Assembly (NCBI GenBank): GCA_028287785.1
Contig: JAQBOZ010000020.1
Span: forward strand, 66,738-130,737
Source: Chlorobiota bacterium
Lineage (GTDB): Bacteria > Bacteroidota > Ignavibacteria > OLB7
Direction: 5' to 3'
Length of the DNA: 64,000 nucleotides
Shown here: piece after piece, positions 47,846 to 57,123 of the stretch
Layout of the letters: each line of letters opens with the position of its first letter
How positions within the stretch are numbered: position 1 is the first letter of the stretch
Translations under genes and position numbers: made by a program
The notes under the pieces: generated by a model
The model's database searches: none
What the model was told of the DNA's origin: nothing
Seen by the model: the letters and a program-made list of their open reading frames with translations, nothing else

Positions 47846-48940
47846 ATGCCAAACATTCTCGCGGTCGGCACCGTCTTGCCGGACAATATTCTCACGCAAC
47901 GGGAGGTGCAGCAGTTCGCGCACAATATCTACGGCGAGGCATTTCACGATATCGACAGGCTGGTTTCGGTGTTCGACAACGCGGAGATCGAGCAGCGGCA
48001 TTTCTGCGTTCCGCTGGACTGGTTCGGCAGCTCGAAAACGTTCGAGGAGAAGAACGATCTCTACATCAGCAACGCCATCTCCCTGTCGAGCGCGGCCATC
48101 GAGCTGGCGCTGACGAACGCGGGGCTGGCTCACGCCGATATCGACTACCTTATCTTCGTCTCCACAACCGGCATCTCCACGCCGAGCATCGACGCGCAAC
48201 TGATCCAGCGGCTGCCGTTCCGCCGCAACATCAAGCGGCTGCCGATCTGGGGGCTTGGCTGCGCCGGCGGTGCCGCATCGCTCTCCCGCGCCATGGATAT
48301 CGCCAGGGCAAACCGATCGGCGCGGGTCCTTGTGGTGATCACCGAGCTGTGCGGGCTTACCTTCCTCCGCAACGACCTCTCGAAGTCAGCATTGATCGCC
48401 ACCTCCCTCTTCGCCGACGGATCGGCGGCGGTGGTGGTCGGCGGCGATGACGTGCCGGCCGGCCCGCGCGCGGCGGCGCTGATCTCATCGCGCACAACCA
48501 CGATGGATGACTCGCTGGACGTGATGGGATGGGATATCGGCAACGATGGGTTCAAGGTGATGATCTCCCGCGATATCCCGGCGATCGTCAGGACCTTCAT
48601 GCGCGATTCGATCGAGGCGTTTCTGGAGGAGGAGGGCCTCGCAATCGGCGATATCGATCATTTCATCGCCCATCCCGGCGGGGCCAAGGTGCTCCAGGCG
48701 TACATCGATTCGCTCGATCTGCCGCCGGAGAAGCTGGATCATACGCGGTCGGTCCTCCGCACATGCGGGAACATGTCGGCATGCTCGGTGATCTTCGTGC
48801 TCGAGAAGTTTCTGGAGGAGATCGCCTCACGCCGGGACCCCCAACCGGATACGGAGTACGGCCTGCTGGGGGCGCTCGGCCCCGGCTTCGCCTCCGAGCT
48901 GGTGCTCCTCCGCTGGCAATCACCGGCCGAATCAACCTGA
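47846..48940 (+). CDS. Type III polyketide synthase (chalcone/stilbene synthase family)
   Basis: Active-site Cys in LGCAGGAASL. FIAHPGGAKVL (His) and GNMSACSV (Asn) complete the Cys-His-Asn triad. About 364 aa. Confidence 0.85.
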   Translation: MPNILAVGTVLPDNILTQREVQQFAHNIYGEAFHDIDRLVSVFDNAEIEQRHFCVPLDWFGSSKTFEEKNDLYISNAISLSSAAIELALTNAGLAHADIDYLIFVSTTGISTPSIDAQLIQRLPFRRNIKRLPIWGLGCAGGAASLSRAMDIARANRSARVLVVITELCGLTFLRNDLSKSALIATSLFADGSAAVVVGGDDVPAGPRAAALISSRTTTMDDSLDVMGWDIGNDGFKVMISRDIPAIVRTFMRDSIEAFLEEEGLAIGDIDHFIAHPGGAKVLQAYIDSLDLPPEKLDHTRSVLRTCGNMSACSVIFVLEKFLEEIASRRDPQPDTEYGLLGALGPGFASELVLLRWQSPAEST

Positions 48941-48946
48941 CGCGAC

Positions 48947-49249
48947 ATGCTGTTGACGGCGTATTCGATATTCCTCGCCAATTTCCTCTTCGGTGTCATG
49001 GTGAAATCGAGGGTGATCGACAGCGCCCGGTTCCGATGGTTCCATCACACGCTCTATTTACTGGTGATGGCGGGGATCGCCGGCGCGGTGATCGAGGCTA
49101 TCATCGCCGGCTCGTGGCGTGGCCTGCTGCTGGCCGGGATGGGGGCGATGCTGCTGCTGATGCCCCGATTCCGTGGTCGCGGCAACGGCCACTGGATCTA
49201 TGCCACCTGCTGCTGCGTCGCCTACTCGGCAATCGTCTTCTGGCCGTGA
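48947..49249 (+). CDS. Small integral membrane protein (three TM helices) immediately after the type III PKS
   Basis: 100 aa, hydrophobic (FLANFLFGVMV; LYLLVMAGIAGAVIEAIIAG; LLLAGMGAMLLLM). 6 bp after the PKS stop. Confidence 0.45.
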   Translation: MLLTAYSIFLANFLFGVMVKSRVIDSARFRWFHHTLYLLVMAGIAGAVIEAIIAGSWRGLLLAGMGAMLLLMPRFRGRGNGHWIYATCCCVAYSAIVFWP

Positions 49250-49275
49250 CCGGACATCATTTTTTTACCCGACCG

Positions 49276-49818
49276 ATGAAATTCGAACGACTCTCCCGCG
49301 AAGTGATCTACCGCAGCCCCTGGGTGAACCTCTTCGTCGACGCCGTCCGCTTCCCGAACGGGTCGATCATCGAGCGGCATCATCTCCTCGATTTCGAGCG
49401 CGCCGCCGTCACCGTGATCATCGATGACGGCGATGGCAATATCCTGCTGGTGAAGGTCCCCCGCTACACGACCGGGGAGGCGGACTGGGAGCTGCCGGCC
49501 GGCAACGTCGATCCCGGCGAATCGATGACGGAGGCGGCGGAACGTGAGGCGTTCGAGGAGACCGGCTACCGGACCGGGGGACACCGGGAGCTGCAATCGT
49601 TCTACCCGATGAACGGCATCGCCAACCGCACCTCCAGCGTGGTCCGCTGCGTTATCGACGGGGAGGCGGGGAGCTTCGATCAGGAGGAGATCGCCGACCG
49701 GCGATGGTTCTCCCGGAGGGAGATCGTGGAGATGCTCCGGCACGGGACGATCAGGGATGGATACTCGCTCGTGGCGCTCCTCTTCTATCTGAACGGCGAA
49801 GAGCTTGAACATCCATGA
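49276..49818 (+). CDS. NUDIX hydrolase
   Basis: Nudix box GNVDPGESMTEAAEREAFEETG. ATG at 49276. Upstream part of track ORF 48529..49818 is non-coding. Confidence 0.8.
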   Translation: MKFERLSREVIYRSPWVNLFVDAVRFPNGSIIERHHLLDFERAAVTVIIDDGDGNILLVKVPRYTTGEADWELPAGNVDPGESMTEAAEREAFEETGYRTGGHRELQSFYPMNGIANRTSSVVRCVIDGEAGSFDQEEIADRRWFSRREIVEMLRHGTIRDGYSLVALLFYLNGEELEHP

Positions 49819-49870
49819 CGAAATCCGCCGCGCCCACGATATCGATCAATCAAACCAACAACCGACGCAC

Positions 49871-50665
49871 GTGGAACTACTCGACGCAATCCGCAACAGA
49901 CGGACAACCAACTCGCGATTTCTCGAAAAGCCTCTCTCCGACGACCATATACGGACCATCATCGAGGCGGCGAGCTATGCCCCCAGCCACTTCAACTCGC
50001 AGCCCTGGCGGTTTGTGCTGATACGGAGCCGTGAGGGGCGCGACAGGCTGGGGAAGATCGCCGGGCGATCGATGCGGGCAGTGATGGAGAAAGGGGAGTT
50101 CTGGAAGCGCTATCTGAAGTATTTCCGATTCAGCAGAGAGGAGATCGACAAGAGCGGCGATGGGATTTATATCGATAACATGCCGGCGCCGCTGCGGCCG
50201 TTTATCCGCTATATCTTCTCGGAGAAGGGGGCCGAGGTGATGAACAAGCTCCGCGTCCCCTACATCCTGGCGATTGATTCCAAGCGGCTGATCACCACAT
50301 CGCCATTGATCCTGGCCGTGCTGCTGACGAAGGAGGAGTACAGGAAGGGGGAGCTTTCCGGGATGTATTCCATGCTGGCGCTCGGCATGGCGATCGAGAA
50401 CATCTGGCTGACCGCCAACTCCCTCGGCGTCGGCGTGCAGTTCATCTCCCTCCCGATGGAGGCCGGCGGCGAGCACTGGGCGGAATGCGTGGCGATGATC
50501 GATCCGCCGGAGAACTACGAGGTGATAGCCCTCTTCCGCCTTGGCTACGTGGACCCCGATGCCAAACGTCCGACGATCGACTGGTCCAGCAAGCAGCGGA
50601 AGGATATCTCGCAATTCTGTTTTGATGAGACATTCGGCAACGGATGGCGGTCGGGGCGGGTTTGA
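49871..50665 (+). CDS. Nitroreductase-family protein
   Basis: SHFNSQPWRFVLI motif. The track start (TTG at 49805) overlaps the NUDIX gene. An in-frame GTG at 49871 gives the typical nitroreductase N-terminus (M)ELLDAIRNRRTTNSRF, so the start was placed there by inference. Confidence 0.7.
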   Translation: MELLDAIRNRRTTNSRFLEKPLSDDHIRTIIEAASYAPSHFNSQPWRFVLIRSREGRDRLGKIAGRSMRAVMEKGEFWKRYLKYFRFSREEIDKSGDGIYIDNMPAPLRPFIRYIFSEKGAEVMNKLRVPYILAIDSKRLITTSPLILAVLLTKEEYRKGELSGMYSMLALGMAIENIWLTANSLGVGVQFISLPMEAGGEHWAECVAMIDPPENYEVIALFRLGYVDPDAKRPTIDWSSKQRKDISQFCFDETFGNGWRSGRV

Positions 50666-50678
50666 AACCCGCCCCGAC
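50650..50678. repeat. 29-nt GC-rich hairpin, copy 1 (gtcggggcgggtttgaaacccgccccgac); probable bidirectional terminator or REP
   Basis: 11-bp perfect stem. Overlaps the nitroreductase stop codon. Near-identical copy at 51236..51264. Confidence 0.5.
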
Positions 50679-50694
50679 GGCGCTTCGCTCCATA

Positions 50695-51198
50695 TCATCC
50701 GCCATACGTAAACAGATTCTCCGGATGCTCCTCCACCCGGCCGGTGCTGATGATATGCCGCACCGTCACGCCGCGAGCCGCCAGCGCGTCGGCAACCCAG
50801 AAGCGATGGCAGTGGCTGGGGTCGGACTCCGCGCACATCAGCGCCACGCGCCGCTCCGATGCCAGACGAAGCGCCCGCTCCATCCCCCGCTTGAACGGCT
50901 CGGTCCCCATGTAGCCCGCAAACCCGCGCGAACGCTCGCTGCACGACTTCGCGCGGTCGATCACCGCCTGCGGTGGCTTCACCCCGCCCAGTTCCGTGCA
51001 ATGCTCGTAGATAAGCCCATGACCGGGGATCATCGCCTCCATCTCCTCCCTGTTGAACTGCGGGTTGTACCGTGAGTATGGTATCCTCCTGATATCGAGC
51101 AGCAGCTCGATCCCGTTCTCCTTCAGCAGCTCCACCAGCTCATCCCGTGTCCGCGTTGAATGGCCTATCGTGAATATCTCAAGTTCCTGCCGGCTCAT
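50695..51198 (-). CDS. DUF488-family protein
   Basis: ATG at 51198; the track ORF begins upstream at 51270. MSRQELEIFTIGHSTRTRDELVELLKENGIELLLDIRRIPYS matches the DUF488 N-terminal pattern (IYTIGHS...LVDVR..P.S). Confidence 0.7.
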   Translation of the reverse strand: MSRQELEIFTIGHSTRTRDELVELLKENGIELLLDIRRIPYSRYNPQFNREEMEAMIPGHGLIYEHCTELGGVKPPQAVIDRAKSCSERSRGFAGYMGTEPFKRGMERALRLASERRVALMCAESDPSHCHRFWVADALAARGVTVRHIISTGRVEEHPENLFTYGG

Positions 51199-51235
51199 GC
51201 GCTTTGTATTGATTGAATTGATCGTTAGCGTCGGC

Positions 51236-51264
51236 GTCGGGGCGGGTTTAAAACCCGCCCCGAC
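51236..51264. repeat. 29-nt GC-rich hairpin, copy 2 (gtcggggcgggtttaaaacccgccccgac)
   Basis: Perfect palindrome. Lies upstream of the DUF488 start, between it and valS. Confidence 0.5.
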
Positions 51265-51426
51265 GTACACGACATCGACGTGCTGCTACTGACTCCACTA
51301 TAACGAATGAAACGCCCGCAACGTCTGAAAAACGTTCCGGACGGATGAAAAATCGCGCTGGTTTCAACCTGTGCGGCGCTACCTTCCGTACAGGCTTCCG
51401 CCGTATATTCTTCGCCATAATAATTC

Positions 51427-54180
51427 ATGGAACAATCGCGAGCGAACCCGATGGCTGAACTTCCCAAAGCGTACACCCCGGCCGATGCCGAGGCCCGATG
51501 GTATCCCTACTGGTATGAACATCACCTTTACGACGCGGAGGTCAACCGGGACCGCCCGCCCTATACCATCGTCATCCCCCCTCCCAATATCACCGGCATG
51601 CTGACGCTGGGGCATGTCCTCAACAACTCGATTCAGGATCTCTACATCCGCTGGCATCGGATGCGCGGGTTCGAGGCGTGCTGGATACCGGGCACCGATC
51701 ATGCCGGCATCGCCACGCAGACCAAGGTGGTGAACGCGCTGGCGGACGAGGGAATCCATCACCGCGATCTGGGCCGCGAGAAGTTCGTGGAGCGGGTCTG
51801 GGAGTGGCGCGAAAAATACGGCGGCATCATCTTCAGCCAGCTCCGCGCCCTCGGCGTCTCGGTGGACTGGCGCCGCGAACGCTTCACTCTTGATGAAGAA
51901 TTGAACCAGGCGGTGACCGAGGTCTTCGTCCGCCTGTACGACAAGGGGCTGATCTACAAGGGGAAGAAAATCGTCAACTGGTCCCCCAAGGCCCAGTCCA
52001 CGCTGAGCGATGAAGAGGTAAAGCACAGGGATGTCACCGACCGGATGTATACGCTCCGCTATCATCTCACCGATGGAAGCGGCACCATCATGGTCTCCAC
52101 CGCCCGGCCGGAGACGATCTTCGGCGATGTGGCAGTGGCGGTGAACCCCGCCGATGAACGCTATACCGCCATGCTCGGCAAAACCGTCACCGTCCCGGTC
52201 GCGGGACAGCAGGTGACGCTGATCGCCGACGAGCATGCCGATCCCGCGTTCGGCACCGGCGCGGTGAAGATCACCCCGGCGCACGACCCGAACGACTACG
52301 AGGTGGGCCTCCGCCATAACCTCCCGATGCCGAACACCATCAACCCGGACGGCACGATGAACGAGCTGGCCGGCCCGCTGGCCGGGATGGACCGCTTCGC
52401 GGCGCGCCGTGCCGCGGTGAAGATGCTGGAGGAGGCCGGGCTGATCGAGAAGAGCGAGGAGTACGTCCACTCCGTCGGCTTCTCGGAGCGGGGCGGCGAG
52501 CAGATCGAGCCCTATCTCTCCGATCAATGGTTCGTGGCGATGAAGCCGCTCGCGGAGCCGGCGCTGAAAGCGGTGCTGGATGGTGATATCAAATTCTATC
52601 CGGAGCACTGGACCAAGACCTACGAGCACTGGATGGCGAACATCCGCGACTGGCCGATCTCCCGCCAGCTCTGGTGGGGACATCGCATCCCCGTCTACTA
52701 TCTGGAGGATGGCCGCCAGACCGCCGCGCGATCCGAGACGGAGGCATGCGCGAAGCTGGGCGTCCCGCAGGGAACTCCCCTGCAACGCGATGAGGATGTG
52801 CTGGATACCTGGTTCTCCTCATGGCTCTGGCCCTTCTCCGTCCACGGCTGGGGGAGCGATAAAAAGAACGATCGCGATCTCCAGTATTTCTATCCGACCG
52901 ATCTTCTGGTGACCGGCCCCGATATCATCTTCTTCTGGGTGGCCCGGATGATCATGGCCGGGTTCGAGTTCATGCGCGATGAGCCGATGGCCGATGGCGC
53001 GCCGCGCACCTCGGTGGCCGAGCTGATCCCCTTCAAAACCGTCTACTTCACATCGCTGATCCGCGACAAGGAAGGGCGGAAGATGTCGAAGCAGCTCGGC
53101 AACTCCCCCGATCCGCTCGACGTGATCCGCGATTACGGCGCCGATGCCCTCCGCTTCACCATCCTCTACCTGGCACCCAGCGGCCAGGATGTCCGCTTCT
53201 CAGCGGAGATGTGCGAGCTTGGCCGGAACTTCGCCAACAAGATCTGGAACGCCGGGCGCTTCCTCCTGATGAAACGGGATGAGGCCGGCGCCGATCCGGT
53301 GGCCTATCCGCAGCGCCTGGATGAGCTTGAGCCGATCTCTTCATCGGATCGATGGATTCTCTCCCGGTTCCATTCGGTGCTCGGCAATGTGGAGTCCGCC
53401 CTGGGCGCCTACCGGATCAACGAGTACACAAAGCTCCTCTACGATTTCGTCTGGAGCGATTTCTGCGACTGGTACGTGGAGCTGCTGAAGACCGAGCTGG
53501 CGAACAGCGAGGACGCCGCCCGCTCCAGACAGATGATGAACTTCGCCATCGGCCTGTTCGATCAGGTGCTGAGAATGCTCCACCCAATCATCCCGTTCGT
53601 GACCGAGGAGTTGTGGCAGAATCTGGCCGGACGGACATCGGGGGATTCGATATCGATCGCGGCGTTCCCGGTCTCCGATCAATCGCTGGTTTCGACGGAG
53701 GTCGAGCGGGAGTTCGAGCTGCTCCGTGGCTGCTCCGAGGCGATCCGCAGGATGCGGAACGAGGCGAACGTGGCCCCGTCAAAGCTGGTCGATGTGACGA
53801 TCAAGGCGGCCGATCCGGTCGGCTTCGCCATGCTCCGCCGCAGTTGCGAGCTGATGCGCCGGATGGCGAGAATCGATGCCCTCCTCATCTCCGACGATGC
53901 CGGGAAGCCGAAGCTCTCGGTCACCGAGGTGGTCCGCGGCAACGATATCCATGTCCATCTTGAAGGGCTGATCGATATCGAAAAGGAGAGGGCGAAGACG
54001 GAGAAGGAGATCGCGCGTCTGGAGGGACAGGCCCGCGCAACCGAGGGGAAGCTCTCCAACGAGCGGTTTACCGCCAACGCCCCGGCGGAGGTGGTGGAGA
54101 CCGAGCGGGAGAAGCTCCGCAACTATCAGGACACGCTGGTCAGGCTTCGGCAGACGCTGGAGCAGTACGCGGTGATGTGA
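51427..54180 (+). CDS. valS: Valine--tRNA ligase
   Basis: Class-I HIGH region (PPPNITGMLTLGHVLNN), KMSKS (RKMSKQLGNSPDP), editing domain, C-terminal coiled coil; 917 aa. Confidence 0.9.
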   Translation: MEQSRANPMAELPKAYTPADAEARWYPYWYEHHLYDAEVNRDRPPYTIVIPPPNITGMLTLGHVLNNSIQDLYIRWHRMRGFEACWIPGTDHAGIATQTKVVNALADEGIHHRDLGREKFVERVWEWREKYGGIIFSQLRALGVSVDWRRERFTLDEELNQAVTEVFVRLYDKGLIYKGKKIVNWSPKAQSTLSDEEVKHRDVTDRMYTLRYHLTDGSGTIMVSTARPETIFGDVAVAVNPADERYTAMLGKTVTVPVAGQQVTLIADEHADPAFGTGAVKITPAHDPNDYEVGLRHNLPMPNTINPDGTMNELAGPLAGMDRFAARRAAVKMLEEAGLIEKSEEYVHSVGFSERGGEQIEPYLSDQWFVAMKPLAEPALKAVLDGDIKFYPEHWTKTYEHWMANIRDWPISRQLWWGHRIPVYYLEDGRQTAARSETEACAKLGVPQGTPLQRDEDVLDTWFSSWLWPFSVHGWGSDKKNDRDLQYFYPTDLLVTGPDIIFFWVARMIMAGFEFMRDEPMADGAPRTSVAELIPFKTVYFTSLIRDKEGRKMSKQLGNSPDPLDVIRDYGADALRFTILYLAPSGQDVRFSAEMCELGRNFANKIWNAGRFLLMKRDEAGADPVAYPQRLDELEPISSSDRWILSRFHSVLGNVESALGAYRINEYTKLLYDFVWSDFCDWYVELLKTELANSEDAARSRQMMNFAIGLFDQVLRMLHPIIPFVTEELWQNLAGRTSGDSISIAAFPVSDQSLVSTEVEREFELLRGCSEAIRRMRNEANVAPSKLVDVTIKAADPVGFAMLRRSCELMRRMARIDALLISDDAGKPKLSVTEVVRGNDIHVHLEGLIDIEKERAKTEKEIARLEGQARATEGKLSNERFTANAPAEVVETEREKLRNYQDTLVRLRQTLEQYAVM

Positions 54181-54217
54181 TGTTCGGAAGCCGGTGGTGA
54201 TAGTGCTTCGCGGCACG

Positions 54218-54250
54218 AAGGGACGTTCAACCGAGCGTCCCTTCGTTGCG
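54218..54250. terminator. Bidirectional hairpin terminator between valS and the convergent AraC-family gene
   Basis: gaagggacg-ttcaaccgag-cgtcccttc followed by gttgcg. Confidence 0.45.
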
Positions 54251-54267
54251 TATGCGCCCCGCGGCGA

Positions 54268-55155
54268 TCACTTGATCGGGATCAGGATATCCATTTCCGA
54301 ATCCTCGGCGGTCGGGTTGAACCGCTCATCGTACAGCTCAAGATCCGGCCCCTCCGACATCTCGTACGGGGCGTTCGGCCGCCACGAGCCGTAGACGTAG
54401 TTCATCGTCTCCCCCAGCCGGTGCAGCGGCCCCTTGTGGGTGAACACCGCGTACCGCTGCTCCGGGATGGTGCGGGCGGTCATCCCCTCCGGGATCGCGT
54501 CCAGCGATTGCACCTCCGTGCAGGCCATGTAGTAGAACTCGTCCTCATGCGTGCGCTTCATCTCAGGGCTCAGCGCATCGCACAGGCCGTAGCGTGTATC
54601 CCCGGCGGGGTTCCGGATCTCGCCGATCCGGCCGTTGAACTCATCCCAGAGCATCGGCAGCACCTGCATGCTGTTCGCGTCGGGCGAGAGGATCGATATG
54701 AACTGCTTCCCCAGCCCCACCAGATTCATCTCCCCGACCACCTTGATCGTTGGCTCCATTGTGATTCCTCCAAAACGTTGTAGTAGATATTCCTCGGTAA
54801 TCCGCGGCCTTCCGATACAACGGGCCGACTCGATGCCGCTCCGCCGGCACTCCCCCGGCGTTATCCCGAACCGCGCCTTGAACGCCCGCGTAAACGCCTC
54901 CTGCGACTCGAACCCGTGGTCCCACGCAACATCGCCGATCTTCTTCCCTGTCCCCGCAAGCTCCCGCGCGGCCAGCGTCAGACGCCGTCCCCGGACATAC
55001 CCCCTCACCGACTCCCCCACCAGCGCCCCGAAAATCCGCTGGAAATGCCAGACGGAAAACGCGGCCTCCCTGGCTATCGATTCCAGGGGAAGATCGCCGA
55101 GAATGTTCTCCTCGATAAAATCAAGCGCGCGCTGTATCCGTTCGATATGATTCAT
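54268..55155 (-). CDS. AraC-family transcriptional regulator with GyrI-like effector-binding domain
   Basis: N-terminal AraC HTHs (LESIAREAAFSVWHFQRIF...; IGDVAWDHGFESQEAFTRAFKARFGITPGE). C-terminal GyrI-like domain. Confidence 0.8.
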   Translation of the reverse strand: MNHIERIQRALDFIEENILGDLPLESIAREAAFSVWHFQRIFGALVGESVRGYVRGRRLTLAARELAGTGKKIGDVAWDHGFESQEAFTRAFKARFGITPGECRRSGIESARCIGRPRITEEYLLQRFGGITMEPTIKVVGEMNLVGLGKQFISILSPDANSMQVLPMLWDEFNGRIGEIRNPAGDTRYGLCDALSPEMKRTHEDEFYYMACTEVQSLDAIPEGMTARTIPEQRYAVFTHKGPLHRLGETMNYVYGSWRPNAPYEMSEGPDLELYDERFNPTAEDSEMDILIPIK

Positions 55156-55290
55156 GATTCCGTGTTGATTACCGGACGGCGAAACTACGGCCGGAGAGGG
55201 CCCAACTCTTTGACCGTTTGTGCGATCTCCCCTTCGCTCATTCTTTTTTTCCGTTCCCTCCCTCCGTTGCTTGAACTTGGCGATATTAAA

Positions 55291-55313
55291 GGCACTTATA
55301 TACTTGACTCACC
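55291..55313. repeat. Left terminal inverted repeat of the IS1595-family element
   Basis: ggcacttatatacttgactcacc, reverse-complementary (22/23) to 58961..58983. Preceded by target-site duplication atattaaa (55283..55290). Confidence 0.75.
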
Positions 55314-55337
55314 CGCTATATTTTCGTATATTTGTGC

Positions 55338-56279
55338 ATGGAAAAGGAAAACTACACACCGCGCACCCTTCAGGAAGCAATCGTCCACTACTCCAACCCG
55401 GATAATGCACTCGCATTTATGATCCGTCTTCGGTGGCCGGACGGTATCACGTGCCCCCGTTGCGGATCGTGCGAGCATAGCTTTTTGACGACGCGCCGCG
55501 TGTGGAAGTGCAAGGGATGTAAGAAGCAGTTCTCCGTTAAGGTCGGCACCATCTTCGAGGATTCTCCGCTCGGTCTGAACACGTGGCTTGCCGCCGTGTG
55601 GCTCATCACGAACGCCAAGAACGGCGTAAGCTCATGCGAGATTGCGCGGGCACTTGGCATCACACAAAAGAGCGCGTGGTTCGTCTTGCATCGTATCCGC
55701 ATCGCGATGGAAACGGGCACCATTGAGAAGCTGAAGGGCCAGGTTGAAGCCGATGAAACGTACATCGGCGGCAAGTACGGGAACATGCACAGGATCAAGC
55801 GCGCTCAAAAGGAGCAGGGACGCGGCGCTGTCGGGAAGGTTATCGTGATGGGGTTCTTGGAGCGTGACGGCGCGGTACGGGCAAAGGTCGTGAAGAGCAT
55901 CAAGAAGACCATCTTGCACGCGGAAGTCCGGCTGAACGTCGAAGCTGGTACGGAGTTGCTTACCGACAACCTTGCGAGCTACGAGGGCTTGGAGCCGGAA
56001 TACACGCACGAGAGCGTCAACCACGCCGCTGAACAGTATGTACGGGGCCATGTGCATACCAACGGCATAGAGAACTTCTGGAGCTTGCTCAAGCGGACGC
56101 TGAAGGGCACGTATGCGCAGGTTGAGTCCCATCACCTTCAGGCATATCTTGACGAACAGATATTGCGGTTCAATCTTCGCAAGGGAACGGATAAGAGCCG
56201 GTTCTTGCGCGTGGTTGGTGGAGTGTCGGGAAAGAGACTAACTTACAAGCAGTTGATTGGTCGGGGTGGTAACATCTAG
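55338..56279 (+). CDS. IS1595-family transposase (N-terminal zinc-ribbon plus ISXO2-like DDE domain)
   Basis: CPRCGS...CKGCKKQFSVKVGTIFEDS zinc ribbon. DETYIGGK and downstream DDE-domain residues. ATG at 55338; the track ORF begins at a TTG at 55332. Confidence 0.85.
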   Translation: MEKENYTPRTLQEAIVHYSNPDNALAFMIRLRWPDGITCPRCGSCEHSFLTTRRVWKCKGCKKQFSVKVGTIFEDSPLGLNTWLAAVWLITNAKNGVSSCEIARALGITQKSAWFVLHRIRIAMETGTIEKLKGQVEADETYIGGKYGNMHRIKRAQKEQGRGAVGKVIVMGFLERDGAVRAKVVKSIKKTILHAEVRLNVEAGTELLTDNLASYEGLEPEYTHESVNHAAEQYVRGHVHTNGIENFWSLLKRTLKGTYAQVESHHLQAYLDEQILRFNLRKGTDKSRFLRVVGGVSGKRLTYKQLIGRGGNI

Positions 56280-56290
56280 GAGGTACGGCA

Positions 56291-56464
56291 ATGGATAAGG
56301 AAGGTGATGATAAGAATCATCAATCAGAGGAATACACTCGCTTTGAACAGGCGATGCGAACGATTCTAGGGGCACCGAAGAAGAAGGTTGACGCGAAGAT
56401 GGAGGAATTAAAGAAGAAGCGCAAAGGGATAAATAAAAAAGGCAGTACAGATAAGGATAGATAA
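56291..56464 (+). CDS. Small basic hypothetical protein (57 aa) inside the IS element
   Basis: ATG 12 nt after the transposase stop. Lys-rich. Not in the supplied ORF track; read directly from the sequence. Confidence 0.3.
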   Translation: MDKEGDDKNHQSEEYTRFEQAMRTILGAPKKKVDAKMEELKKKRKGINKKGSTDKDR

Positions 56465-56499
56465 AGGGTTCATATAGAGCATTCGCTCAATATGCGCAC

Positions 56500-57123
56500 T
56501 TATTTCTTTGTGTTCAATGCACGAATTCGCTCTGTCAGTTTATATACCCCAGTTGATGGATTCCCGCCAATGGTGCTATGTCTCTCGTGCATCTTGTCTA
56601 ATTCAGAGGCCCTTGTAACTGCAAGCTCATAGTTTGGCTGAATCTGATCAAGTGGAATGAGCTTTACATAACCCGGCAAGTGTGTTTTGCAATGGGATTG
56701 AACCACTCCTCTATCAATATAAGCTCGGTGATCGGCAAAATGCAGGTATACCCAAAGCTCAAAGCAAGGATTCGATATTGCTAGCTGTATGTTGTGCGCA
56801 TTAGCCTGCTGACATGCATCTGCAATATTAGGATGCTCATCGACATCGAAGCAGCACCATACTTCATCATACTTTAGATTATTATCCTTTTCTCTTCTTG
56901 CTTCCTGTTCCGCTCTTTTCTTCTCAGCTACAGCTGCTTCAACTAGGGCTTTTGGTACCATACCACATTCGCCAATCTTGATCTCAACGAGCCGGTTACG
57001 TTCCATCCTGCAAAAAGCAATGAAATACTCACGTTCGGTAACAACTCCTTCGCAGAGAATTAGCAGTCTTTTTTGAACATCCCGAAATGGTCTTCGGCGA
57101 GCAAGGCTAGCTTTTCGCTTCAC
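56500..57123 (-). CDS. RloB-like (AbiLii-like) protein
   Basis: RloB-family N-terminus ...RLLILCEGVVTEREYF, central DEVWCCFDVDEH, and LAISNPCFELWVYLHF. GTG start at 57123 overlaps the upstream ATPase gene by 17 bp. Confidence 0.75.
   Translation of the reverse strand: MKRKASLARRRPFRDVQKRLLILCEGVVTEREYFIAFCRMERNRLVEIKIGECGMVPKALVEAAVAEKKRAEQEARREKDNNLKYDEVWCCFDVDEHPNIADACQQANAHNIQLAISNPCFELWVYLHFADHRAYIDRGVVQSHCKTHLPGYVKLIPLDQIQPNYELAVTRASELDKMHERHSTIGGNPSTGVYKLTERIRALNTKK

Noticed and set aside
48529-49818. 429-aa ORF upstream of the NUDIX domain
   Set aside because: Upstream 250 codons overlap the type III PKS and membrane-protein genes in another frame and are Arg/Gly-rich. The NUDIX protein starts at ATG 49276.
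49805-49870. TTG start at 49805 for the nitroreductase, overlapping the NUDIX gene by 14 bp
   Set aside because: An in-frame GTG at 49871 yields the family-typical N-terminus (ELLDAIRNRRTT) and removes the overlap, so the upstream 22 codons are probably not translated.
50442-51292. Small ORFs encoding VGAGLKPAPT-like peptides on both strands (50442..50705, 50644..51075, 51053..51292) and the N-terminal extension of 50695..51270
   Set aside because: They read through the two identical 29-nt palindromic hairpins. The same peptide appearing on both strands is a palindrome artefact.
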